Notes under the pieces: generated by a model | Databases searched by the model: none | The model's input: only the letters and a program-made list of their open reading frames with translations | Told to the model about the DNA's origin: nothing | Origin: Dehalococcoidia bacterium | Lineage (GTDB): Bacteria; Chloroflexota; Dehalococcoidia; GIF9; AB-539-J10 | DNA: 64,000 nt | Direction of reading: 5' to 3' | NCBI GenBank assembly: GCA_007129495.1 | Contig: SKVJ01000034.1 | Location: 2,190 to 66,189 of the forward strand | Shown: piece after piece, positions 1 through 8,911 of the stretch | How the letters are laid out: each line of letters begins with the position of its first letter | Numbering within the stretch: the stretch's first letter is position 1 | Position numbers and translations under genes: made by a program

Positions 1-1
1 C

Positions 2-1153
2 TATCCGCTGCTGGCAGTGCCGCTGTTCACATTCATGGGAGTGGTGTTGCAGCGGTCGGGCATTGCAGAGGGTCTTTTCGACGCGCTGTACCTGTGGCTT
101 GGTGGTTTCAGGGGAGGCCTTGCGGTCAGTACAGTCCTGTTCGGTACGATACTTGCGGCATGTCTTGGTGTGATCACTGCCTCTGTGACAATGCTCACAC
201 TTATTGCGCTTACCCCCATGGTTGAGAGAGGGTACAACAAGTCACTGGCTGCGGGTGCGGTATGCGCGGGAGGCACGCTTGGCATCCTGATTCCGCCCAG
301 TGTGATGCTGGTTATCTACGGCCCTATGGCGATGCTGTCCGTTGGAAGGCTGTTCATGGCAGCAATAGTCCCCGGGATCCTTCTAGCGACCCTTTACTGT
401 GCCTATATAGCTGCTCGTTGTCTTCTTCAGCCGACCATTGGACCTGCGGTTCCGGTGAGCGAACGCCAGGTGCCGTTTACTTATAAGACGAAGCTGCTGC
501 TGAAATCGGTCGTTCCTCCCTTGCTGCTGATCGTCGCTGTTCTGGGCACGATCTTCTTTGGCATCGCGCCACCCACCGAGGCTGCGTCGGTCGGCGCCTT
601 CGCTGCAGTAGCCCTGTCCGTTGTGTATCGCAAGTTCAGTTGGGCGATGCTGAAGCACGCGTCGTTGGAGACCTTTCGAGTAGCTGCCTTCGTGCTCCTG
701 ATCGGGTGTCTCTCATTTGCCTTCGTCGGTATCTTCATCCGTCTTGGAGGCGGGCAGGTGGTTTCCAACACTATCCTGGCCGCTCCCGGAGGCAGGTGGG
801 GAGCATTCTTCGTGGTCATGTTCCTTGTCTTCCTGCTCGGTATGTTTATCGATTGGATAGGCATTGTATTCATCATGGTACCGATTATCGCGCCGATCGG
901 GCCGATGCTGGGTTTCGATGCGCTCTGGTTCGGGATGATGATCATTGTGAACCTGCAGATGTCCTTTCTCACCCCACCCTTTGCGGTATCCATCTTCGTA
1001 TGCCGGGGAACGGCGGCGCCGCACCTCGGGGTGACCGTTTCGGACATCATCCGGGGCGTCATTCCGTTCGTGGGTGTAATCATTGTGGTTCTCGTGCTCT
1101 GTGCCGTGTTTCCAGAGCTCCTGCTCTGGTTGCCTGAGCAAATGGTGCGCTGA
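2..1153 (+). CDS. TRAP transporter large permease subunit (DctM family), N-terminus lies outside the window
   Basis: The frame is open from the window edge (YPLLAVPLFTFMG...). The protein is a polytopic hydrophobic protein with DctM-like stretches (GTLGILIPPS, MSFLTPPF). The track ORF 17..1153 begins at an internal GTG. Confidence 0.85.
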   Translation, partial: YPLLAVPLFTFMGVVLQRSGIAEGLFDALYLWLGGFRGGLAVSTVLFGTILAACLGVITASVTMLTLIALTPMVERGYNKSLAAGAVCAGGTLGILIPPSVMLVIYGPMAMLSVGRLFMAAIVPGILLATLYCAYIAARCLLQPTIGPAVPVSERQVPFTYKTKLLLKSVVPPLLLIVAVLGTIFFGIAPPTEAASVGAFAAVALSVVYRKFSWAMLKHASLETFRVAAFVLLIGCLSFAFVGIFIRLGGGQVVSNTILAAPGGRWGAFFVVMFLVFLLGMFIDWIGIVFIMVPIIAPIGPMLGFDALWFGMMIIVNLQMSFLTPPFAVSIFVCRGTAAPHLGVTVSDIIRGVIPFVGVIIVVLVLCAVFPELLLWLPEQMVR

Positions 1154-1402
1154 GGACGTGTCTACCACTGACGAGCGTTTGTTGTATCTGGGCGCTGCGG
1201 ACCGTGAGTTCGCAGCGCCCCTAGCTTGTCCTCGACTCTCAGGTTGAACCCCCTGTTTCGGCGGTGCTACACTACGACTGCGTACATCGCATCCACATGA
1301 TGATGACTGATCTGCTCACGTCAGCAACCTCACACCTGTTTCCTCTCCCGTAACGGATGCTTCGTACGAACCAATGCACATATGCAGGAGGATAGAAGTC
1401 AC

Positions 1403-2911
1403 ATGAGAACTCCAGAACAGTACCGGGCTGATCTGAACAAGATGAGGCCCAACGTGTACGTCGGTGGGGAGAAGGTCGGGCGAGATGACCCGCGTATCCT
1501 GCCCGGCGTTAACGTTATGGCAGTTACGTTCGAGATCGCCCAGGACCCACAGTGGAAGGGGGTCGCGACAGCTCGATCGGTCTACAGCGGCAAGGAGATC
1601 AATCGTTGGTCACACACGCCGCAGCATCCTTTCGATCTCATGCAGAAGCAGAAAATGATCAGGTTAGGTGCACAGCGCGTCGGTGGATGCATACAGCGAT
1701 GTATGGGGCACGATGCCATTACTGCGCTGTCTATTGGGACTAAAGATATCGATGACAAGCATGGTACCGAGTATCATCGACGGTTTTGTGACTGGCTGAC
1801 CTGGTATCAGGAGAACGACCTGTGTGCTGCCTGTGCCCAAACCGATATGAAGGGGGACCGCATCAAGCGTCCCAGCGAGCAGGTCGAACCTGGCCAGTAC
1901 GTGAAGATTGACGAGGTAACGGATGAGGGGATCTACGTCAGCGGCTGCAAGGTCTGTATCACCATGGTCGCGTATGCAGACGAGATACTCGTTCTACCTA
2001 CCCGGGCGATGACGGAGTCGGATGCCGACTGGGCGGTTGCCTTCGCGATCCCGGCTGATGATCCAAGCGTGAAACTGGTAACCCGGCCTGTGTGGCTGCA
2101 TGAGCGCAAGGAGTTAGATGCACCGTTCTGTAACTACGGGGTGTCCGATTCGATGGTCATTTTCGACCGCACTTTCATCCCCAAGGAACGTGTCTTCATG
2201 TGTCGGGAATATGAATTCGGGCGCCGGATCGCGATGCTGTTTGCCGACTCACATCGACACAGCTACTGCGGCTGCAAACCGGCAGTCTCCGATGTCCTGC
2301 TGGGCGCCACCCTGCTCGCCGCTGAGGCGAACAACATCTCGAAGGTAAGCCATGTTCGTGAAAGGATGTCCGATTTCGCCCTTACGTCGGAATTGGCCTT
2401 CGCAGCCGGTGTCGCCGCAGCAATGTACGGTGAGAAGACACCCTGCGGCACTTTCTTCCCTAACACCATCTTCGCTAATGTCGGCCGCAGGCTGATGGGC
2501 GAGAACATCTACCATGAGTACAACATGCTGACGGAGATCGCAGGGGGACTCGCTGTCACCATGCCTTTCGAGGAAGACTTCACTAACCCCGATACCAAAC
2601 CGTACATGGACAAGTACATAGTCAGGAATCCAAAACTCTCCGCCGAAGAGTCGCACCGCATCTGGCGGTTCGTCGAGAACGTGTCTGCTTCCGCGATGAC
2701 GTCGTGGTATCAGATCGCCGGTGTTCACGGCGGAGGTTCACCCATCATGGAGACTATTGCACTGAACATAGACTACGATTACGATTCGAGACGCAGAGTG
2801 GCGCGTTACCTTGCCGGGATTGACAGAGAACTCGACCAGTCCGATGAGTTGCAGCGGCAGCCGACCTTTGGGTGCAACCTGATGCAGCCTGAGGACTTCG
2901 CAGAGATCTAG
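1403..2911 (+). CDS. 4-hydroxybutyryl-CoA dehydratase / vinylacetyl-CoA isomerase-like protein (AbfD / HpaB-fold family)
   Basis: Start trimmed to the ATG 10 nt after AGGAGGA. The N-terminus MRTPEQYRADL...VYVGGEKV is typical of the family. GGCIQRCMG (CxxxC) and HRHSYCGC (H-x6-C) match the spacing of the [4Fe-4S] ligands of AbfD. Confidence 0.7.
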   Translation: MRTPEQYRADLNKMRPNVYVGGEKVGRDDPRILPGVNVMAVTFEIAQDPQWKGVATARSVYSGKEINRWSHTPQHPFDLMQKQKMIRLGAQRVGGCIQRCMGHDAITALSIGTKDIDDKHGTEYHRRFCDWLTWYQENDLCAACAQTDMKGDRIKRPSEQVEPGQYVKIDEVTDEGIYVSGCKVCITMVAYADEILVLPTRAMTESDADWAVAFAIPADDPSVKLVTRPVWLHERKELDAPFCNYGVSDSMVIFDRTFIPKERVFMCREYEFGRRIAMLFADSHRHSYCGCKPAVSDVLLGATLLAAEANNISKVSHVRERMSDFALTSELAFAAGVAAAMYGEKTPCGTFFPNTIFANVGRRLMGENIYHEYNMLTEIAGGLAVTMPFEEDFTNPDTKPYMDKYIVRNPKLSAEESHRIWRFVENVSASAMTSWYQIAGVHGGGSPIMETIALNIDYDYDSRRRVARYLAGIDRELDQSDELQRQPTFGCNLMQPEDFAEI

Positions 2912-2953
2912 CCGCCGAAGTCGGCCACGCATAACGTATTCAAGGAGAGCAGC

Positions 2954-3787
2954 ATGACGGAAGAAGAGAAGTTCGAATCGCTCGCCAGGAAATTCAGACT
3001 CGATGGCAAAGTGGCGATCGTCACAGGTGGCAGTCGTGGTATCGGACGAGCGATCGCGCTTGGGCTTGCTGAGGCCGGCGCAGACATCGTGCTGACCAGT
3101 CGAAAACTGCCCGACCTCGAAGCTGTCGCTGGAGAAGTGACTTCGCTTGGCCGCAAGGCGCTGCCTGTTGCCGCCAACATCCGGCACCTTGAGGAGCACG
3201 ACACTGTGGTGAAGGCGGCCTTGGACGAGTTCGGCAAGATCGATGTCCTCGTTAACAATGCCGGCACCAACGTGGTGTACTCGTCACTGTTCGATATGGA
3301 TGAGAAGGCGTGGGATGTCACCATGGCGCTCAATCTTAAGTCCGTGTTCTTCCTCAGTCAGAAGGTAGCGGCTCACATGAGAGACCGGGGGCAGGGGGGG
3401 AGCATCGTTAATATCTCCTCGGACTCCGGCTACCGTCCGTACCCTGGTATGAGCGCGTACTCCATAAGCAAGTGTGCGGTGCGGCATCTTACCGCTGTGT
3501 TCGCACAGGAACTCGGACAGTACAGCATCCGCTGCAATTGCATCGCACCATCCGTAACCCGCACAAGACTATCGCAGGCCCTGTGGGACGATGCCGACAA
3601 TCTGCGACGCAAGGAGATGAACACTTCGCTCGGCCGGATCGCCGAGCCGATTGAGATGGCGGGAGCGGCCCTGTATCTCGCGTCCGATGCGTCGAGCTAC
3701 ATGACCGGACAGACGATGCTCATCGATGGCGGTGAGTACTCTATGATTCAGGATGCGCTCAAGACCATCCCTCGCCAGCAGGCATAA
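2954..3787 (+). CDS. SDR family oxidoreductase (FabG-like)
   Basis: Carries the TGGSRGIG cofactor motif, NNAG, and the catalytic YxxxK (YSISK). RBS AAGGAG lies upstream. Confidence 0.85.
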   Translation: MTEEEKFESLARKFRLDGKVAIVTGGSRGIGRAIALGLAEAGADIVLTSRKLPDLEAVAGEVTSLGRKALPVAANIRHLEEHDTVVKAALDEFGKIDVLVNNAGTNVVYSSLFDMDEKAWDVTMALNLKSVFFLSQKVAAHMRDRGQGGSIVNISSDSGYRPYPGMSAYSISKCAVRHLTAVFAQELGQYSIRCNCIAPSVTRTRLSQALWDDADNLRRKEMNTSLGRIAEPIEMAGAALYLASDASSYMTGQTMLIDGGEYSMIQDALKTIPRQQA

Positions 3788-3817
3788 CTACCCACGGTCA
3801 CAACCGATAGTGAGAGA

Positions 3818-3850
3818 GCGGCCCCCTCGCACGAGGGGGCCGCTTTTCTC
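3818..3850 (+). terminator. Rho-independent terminator candidate between convergent genes
   Basis: Perfect GC-rich 12-bp stem GCGGCCCCCTCG / CGAGGGGGCCGC followed by TTTTCTC. Confidence 0.6.
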
Positions 3851-3876
3851 TGTCTGTGGCGATGTGGAGATGCTGT

Positions 3877-4929
3877 CTAGAACGTGAACAGCCTGGCCGG
3901 ATTCTCCACCATGATCGTTTGAATCTCATCCTCAGACATGCCCTTCGCCCGCATCACGGGGAGGGTGTTATCCATGATGTGTGCGTAGCCCCACCCGCCG
4001 TACTTCCTGCGCTGCGTCTTGTTCCAGATATCCTGCGAGATGACTATCTGCTTCGCGTATCCCGCGCTCATGAGGTCCATAATCTCGTTGATACGCATGT
4101 GATCATTTGGAAGATCTATTTTGCGATGCTCCATCGGATAGTATCCTTCGCGTCCAAACAGATCGTATTCCAGGTACAATCCCAACTTCGCGAGCGCAAT
4201 CCGGTTGTCTCTCTCGCGGACCGCCCGGTCGATGTGGTCGATCGTCGTCTTTGTGAGATCGGCTCCGGCATCCTCAACGATCTTCACCGCCTGCATGGCG
4301 GAATCTTCATGCTGGCCGGGGTGAATGTTGAGAGCGGCACCGGTGATCTTCTGCGCACGCGCGGATGCGCGCAACGACTTGCGTTCGTTGTCGCTCAACG
4401 GCCATGTACAACCTATCTCTCCGATGAGTCCGGCACATATCCCCGTTGCTCCGACCCCTTCCTCGATGTCGCGGACGATCTCCTCAGTGATCTGGTCCTC
4501 GGATCTGTCATCCATGTCGGCTGGTAGCGCAGAATCTATGTAGTATCCTGATCCCATGATGATGTTAAGCCCTGTCCTGCGTGAGATGCGCGCCAGAGCC
4601 CTGGGAGATCGGGCAAGCCCGATGTTGCTCATTTCGACCACGGAATGGCCGCCGGCGTTTTTGAAGTGCAGGACCTCCTCGACGGCCTCGTCCTCGTCCA
4701 TGGATATCAGGTCATCCAGGTTGGAGAAACGGTGATAGGTCAGCCACCAGAGGATATCGAGGGAAACAGGCTTGTAGGCCATCGACCTGTCGAATGCGTC
4801 GTCGGGCTCCACGAACCAGCCCGAGCCATCACTCATCAAATGTTCGTGTGCCAGCGTGATGCCGAGTTCCGATGGATCGATCGCTCTGAGGACCGTCTGT
4901 ATCTTGCCCTTGCGTGCCTCATACTTCAT
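3877..4929 (-). CDS. Phosphotriesterase-family (PTE/Php, amidohydrolase fold) hydrolase, possible lactonase
   Basis: N-terminal GITLAHEHL metal-binding motif and overall PTE-like length. The interior is rich in HP/HID/D residues. Confidence 0.75.
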   Translation of the reverse strand: MKYEARKGKIQTVLRAIDPSELGITLAHEHLMSDGSGWFVEPDDAFDRSMAYKPVSLDILWWLTYHRFSNLDDLISMDEDEAVEEVLHFKNAGGHSVVEMSNIGLARSPRALARISRRTGLNIIMGSGYYIDSALPADMDDRSEDQITEEIVRDIEEGVGATGICAGLIGEIGCTWPLSDNERKSLRASARAQKITGAALNIHPGQHEDSAMQAVKIVEDAGADLTKTTIDHIDRAVRERDNRIALAKLGLYLEYDLFGREGYYPMEHRKIDLPNDHMRINEIMDLMSAGYAKQIVISQDIWNKTQRRKYGGWGYAHIMDNTLPVMRAKGMSEDEIQTIMVENPARLFTF

Positions 4930-4967
4930 TCGGCTGCCTCCTCTCTTCTCACATGGTTCCGTGCGGC

Positions 4968-6299
4968 CTATCGGCGCAGGCCCAGTTTCAGATCGTTCAC
5001 GTTAGTTCCTGTGTGGCCTGTGACGAGCGCATCATTGAGTGTGCGGAGCAGCGGACTTACGTCGTGGCGATCCAGCACGAGATGGACGTCCGCTCCCGAG
5101 GCACGTGCGCGCTCCATCGTAGAGCGGTCTGTGATCGCTCCCGCAAGCGTGGTTGGTCCGTCGGTGCCGTCGGTATCCAGCGACAGGACTACCTGGTCGT
5201 CGGTCGACAGGGCACGAGCGGCGCTGAGGGCGAACTCCTGGTTTGGTCCCCCTTCCCCACCCTCGGATGTGAGCGTCACCGTCGTCTCTCCTCCGGCGAT
5301 GAGCGCCATGGGTTCAGCGCCTTCGTGTGAAGCAAGGAGCTTTCCGAAGGCGAGCCCCTCTACCATACTGTCACCTTCCATCTCGAGCGTCAGGATGTGA
5401 GCAGCAAATCCCAGATCTCGTGCTTTTTCAGCGGCTGCCTCGCAGACCGCTGCGCTCTTGACCAGCAGAAACGTGTGTACTGGATGGTCGCCGAAGTCTT
5501 TGGGATTCTCATGTTCCGGAGTGGCATTACGCAGGTAGTGTAATGCGGAGACCGGAATTCTTTTCCACAGGCCGTAGCGATCCAGTACCTGCCGTGCATC
5601 GTCGAATGTCGACGTGTCCGGAACGGTCGGACAGGTGATGTAGTCGTACGGGTCACCGGTCACGTCGGACACCGTCAGATTGATGGTCTCGGCTGGAAAT
5701 ATGGCGAGCGCCAGGCGGCCTCCCTTGATGCAGGAGAGGTGCTTGCGCACTGCGTTTATCTCACGTATGCTCGCGCCGCTCTCGAGGAGCAGCTTGTGCA
5801 CCAGCCGCTTGTCCTCGATACTCATCTCATCCACCGGATATGGCGCCAGCGCTGAGCTGCCTCCCGTAATCGCGCAGAACACGATATCGCCTTCCGTGGC
5901 CTCTTTGGCGAGGCGAACCATCTCTTGTGATGCCTCGAAGCCGCGTTGGTCCGGCAATGGATGGCTCGCCTCCCTCATGCGGATGATGCTGGTGAGTGAC
6001 TCCTGCCCTTCTTTCACCGTAACCATGCTGTCGTAAATACGGACGCCCAGCACATCCTCCAGCGCTCGAGCGATAGGCAGACTGGCCTTCCCGGCACCCA
6101 GCACGTAGATTCGGCCGCGCTGCGACAGGTCGTAGGTCAGATGCCCTACGGTCAGGATGTTGCTCTCAAGGCTGACGATCTCCCTGGTCGCCTTGTAAGG
6201 GTCCACCCTGCTCAGAGCATACTCGGCGATATCTAGGGCCGCCTGCCGCAGGTAATGGTTGCCGTGCGAGAGCAGTTCGTCTCTGTTCCTGATGTACAT
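4968..6299 (-). CDS. Glycerate 2-kinase (DUF4147 + MOFRL, TtuD-type)
   Basis: Start trimmed to MYIRNRDELLSHGN (CAT at 6297-6299). The track's 100-aa N-terminal extension overlaps the enolase gene and is Arg/Gly-rich junk. Carries LGAGKAS and a C-terminal GGETTV...GGPNQE MOFRL-type motif. Confidence 0.75.
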   Translation of the reverse strand: MYIRNRDELLSHGNHYLRQAALDIAEYALSRVDPYKATREIVSLESNILTVGHLTYDLSQRGRIYVLGAGKASLPIARALEDVLGVRIYDSMVTVKEGQESLTSIIRMREASHPLPDQRGFEASQEMVRLAKEATEGDIVFCAITGGSSALAPYPVDEMSIEDKRLVHKLLLESGASIREINAVRKHLSCIKGGRLALAIFPAETINLTVSDVTGDPYDYITCPTVPDTSTFDDARQVLDRYGLWKRIPVSALHYLRNATPEHENPKDFGDHPVHTFLLVKSAAVCEAAAEKARDLGFAAHILTLEMEGDSMVEGLAFGKLLASHEGAEPMALIAGGETTVTLTSEGGEGGPNQEFALSAARALSTDDQVVLSLDTDGTDGPTTLAGAITDRSTMERARASGADVHLVLDRHDVSPLLRTLNDALVTGHTGTNVNDLKLGLRR

Positions 6300-6322
6300 G
6301 GCTTCATACTGTGCATAGAGGG

Positions 6323-7603
6323 TTACACAGGTCGACGGAAGCTGCGACCTGCGTACGTTGCTGCGCTGCCCAGTTCCTCCTCGATCTGCAACAGGCGATT
6401 GTACTTCGCCGTGCGCTCGCTGCGCACTGGTGCACCTGTCTTGATCTGACCTCCGTCGAGTGCGACCACGAGGTCGGCGATCATCGGGTCCTCGGTCTCG
6501 CCCGAACGCTCGGATACACAGACGCCGTAACCGTTGCGGAATGCCATGGCCGCGGTCTCCATCGCCTCGGTGAGTGTCCCGATCTGGTTGACTTTCCACA
6601 GCACCGCGTTGGCCGAGTTCATTTCAAGGCCCTTTGCCAGTCTTTCCTTATTGGTGACGAACAGGTCGTCGCCTACTATCTGCACGCCGTCGAGCGCCTT
6701 CACTATCTCGGCAAATCCCTCGTAGTCGTCTTCTTCAAGCGGGTCCTCGATCGATGCGATGGGGTACTCGGCACAGAGATCCTGGAAGAACCTGATGACC
6801 TCGTCCCTCGTAAGCTCCTTGCCCTCGAATGTGTACTTGCGCGTCTTCGGATCGTACAGGTGGGTCGCCGCACAATCGAAAGCATAGACGATGTGCTCGG
6901 CGTATCCTGACCTGCTCACAGCCTCGCACAGGAGGTCGAGTGCCTCGCGCACGTCAACGATTGGCGGGACCACGCCGCCTTCATCGCCAACGTTGATAGC
7001 GAGTTTCCCGTACCTCTCAGCAGTCATTGGCCGCAATATCGAATTTATCTCCGCAGTCATTCGCAGCGCCTCGGAGAAGTTCGTGGCACCCACGGGCATC
7101 ATGATGAACTCCTGGAAACAGAGGTCGTTTGATGAGAGTTTGCCACCGTTAATCAGATTCATCATCGGCACAGGAAGTATATGCGAGGCTGAGTCGAGGT
7201 AACGGTATAGAGGCAGGTTGAGAGTGTTGGCTGCCGCCCTTGCGACTGCAAGTGAGACTCCGAGGCTAGCATTTGCGCCGAGACGGCTCTTGTTGGAGGT
7301 GTCGTCGAGCGCAATGATATCGCGATCGATCGCTCTTTGCTCGGTAACATCTCGTCCCAGCAATGCATCTGCGATGATTGTATTTACGTTCGCCACAGCT
7401 TTGCGCACACCGAAGCCGGCGTACCTTGGACCGCCGTCACGGAGCTCGTAGGCCTCATGGCTGCCCGTCGAGCGGCCGCTGGGTACATCGGCACGGCCCC
7501 TCAGTACATTGTCAACCCACACATCTGCCTGAACAGTAGGTGTGCCGCGGCAGTCGATGATTTCCCTCGCGTTGATTCCCGTTATCTTGTGGTTGAGCGT
7601 CAT
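6323..7603 (-). CDS. eno: Enolase-family protein (phosphopyruvate hydratase paralog with atypical active-site loops)
   Basis: PSGRSTGSHEAYELRD, GDEGG, SIEDP, VGDDLFVTN, KVNQIGT and RSGETED motifs are all present. RBS GAAGGAGGA lies upstream. See the finding on the two His substitutions. Confidence 0.85.
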   Translation of the reverse strand: MTLNHKITGINAREIIDCRGTPTVQADVWVDNVLRGRADVPSGRSTGSHEAYELRDGGPRYAGFGVRKAVANVNTIIADALLGRDVTEQRAIDRDIIALDDTSNKSRLGANASLGVSLAVARAAANTLNLPLYRYLDSASHILPVPMMNLINGGKLSSNDLCFQEFIMMPVGATNFSEALRMTAEINSILRPMTAERYGKLAINVGDEGGVVPPIVDVREALDLLCEAVSRSGYAEHIVYAFDCAATHLYDPKTRKYTFEGKELTRDEVIRFFQDLCAEYPIASIEDPLEEDDYEGFAEIVKALDGVQIVGDDLFVTNKERLAKGLEMNSANAVLWKVNQIGTLTEAMETAAMAFRNGYGVCVSERSGETEDPMIADLVVALDGGQIKTGAPVRSERTAKYNRLLQIEEELGSAATYAGRSFRRPV

Positions 7604-7693
7604 GTAACATCCTCCTTCGGTGGTGACAACCCACTGGACTCCAGTATTCGACTGTCTCCAGTATCAGTACGTCTCGCCTCATCCCTCACGTTG

Positions 7694-8887
7694 CTACAAA
7701 AGGGGGCCCGTGTGATACATGAGGAGCGGTTCACGGTACCGTGCGTACATCTCCTGTCGCACTGGCTTGCCTGACAAAACAGCAATAATCTCTTCCAGGA
7801 GTCGCTGCCCGACTTCGGCAACACTTTCCTTTCCTTCGATTATGGTTCCGGTATACAGGTCAAAGTATTCATCCTCGGCTGAATCCTGGGGGCTGCTATA
7901 CAGCTTGACGACGGGAAGTGTCGGTATCCCGCCAACTGCAGAGGTGTAGTTGTGCAACCTCGTGCACAGGCCCGCACCGTAGTTCAGGCTCATTACCTGG
8001 GCGCCGCCCGCCGCGAATCCGAGGAAAATCTGTGGCGTATTGGCAGCTCCGTCCATGAAGTACATTCCTTTGCCAGATGGTGGCTCGCCCCACTCAAGCA
8101 CGCCGCTGATGGGACTCTTGCCGCTCTTGGCAATGGCTCCGAGTGATTTCTCCTCAAGCGTCGACATCCCTCCCAGGATGTTTCCGGGGTTCGGCTGCGA
8201 TCCTCGGATGTCGACACCAGTCGCCATTATCCGTTCTTCCATGCGCCGTGCGATGTCGTGAATCCTGGTGCAGACTTCGTCATTCACCGCTCTGCGTGCG
8301 AGCAGGTGCTCGGCGCCTATTATTTCCGGTGTCTCGGAGAAGATGAAGGTGCCGCCGGCAGCAATCACGGTATCGGCTACCCAGCCGACGGCCGGGTTAC
8401 ATGCCATAATCGATGCAGGCGTTGATCCGGTACACTTCGAAGCGAACACCATCTCGCTGATATCGTACGATTCTCTCTGAAGCTGCGCACTGTCTGCCCG
8501 CATCTGCCGTGCGGTGCGCAGTCCTTTGGCCAGAGCTTTTTCGTAGTTACCCTCCTGCTCTATGGTTATGAGTGCGACCGGCTTGCCGGACAGCGCGATC
8601 TCTTCGGCTATCGGCGCTGCCGGAGGTCCGTCGCAGCCGATGCCCACTACAATAGCTGCGGCCACGTTGGGATTGCGCCCCAGGCCCGCCAGTACGCGGT
8701 GCACCATCTGCTTATCCGGCTCTATGTTCACACATGCCCCGTTGTGAGTGAGCGCGACCACGTCGCCTCCGACCTCGGAGGCGATGCGGTCGGCAAGCTC
8801 GTTGCCGCATTGCACGGCGGGAATGACCGCAACATAGTTCCGCGCTCCCGGAGCTCCAGTGGGTCGCGGGTATCCCATGAACTTCAT
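7694..8887 (-). CDS. UxaA/GarD/SuyB-family large subunit without SAF domain (paralog a, divergent class)
   Basis: Starts MKFMGYPRPTG..ARNY. Carries the GG.STLEEKSLGAIAKSG core. RBS AAGGAGAG lies upstream. Confidence 0.8.
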   Translation of the reverse strand: MKFMGYPRPTGAPGARNYVAVIPAVQCGNELADRIASEVGGDVVALTHNGACVNIEPDKQMVHRVLAGLGRNPNVAAAIVVGIGCDGPPAAPIAEEIALSGKPVALITIEQEGNYEKALAKGLRTARQMRADSAQLQRESYDISEMVFASKCTGSTPASIMACNPAVGWVADTVIAAGGTFIFSETPEIIGAEHLLARRAVNDEVCTRIHDIARRMEERIMATGVDIRGSQPNPGNILGGMSTLEEKSLGAIAKSGKSPISGVLEWGEPPSGKGMYFMDGAANTPQIFLGFAAGGAQVMSLNYGAGLCTRLHNYTSAVGGIPTLPVVKLYSSPQDSAEDEYFDLYTGTIIEGKESVAEVGQRLLEEIIAVLSGKPVRQEMYARYREPLLMYHTGPLL

Positions 8888-8911
8888 CGTATTCTCTCCT
8901 TGTCTTCGCTG

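Noticed and set aside
6300-6599. A 100-aa N-terminal extension of the glycerate kinase ORF (track ORF 4968-6599).
   Set aside because: The extension overlaps the 3' end of the enolase gene, is Arg/Gly/Asp-rich and has no RBS. The family-typical N-terminus starts at the ATG at 6299.
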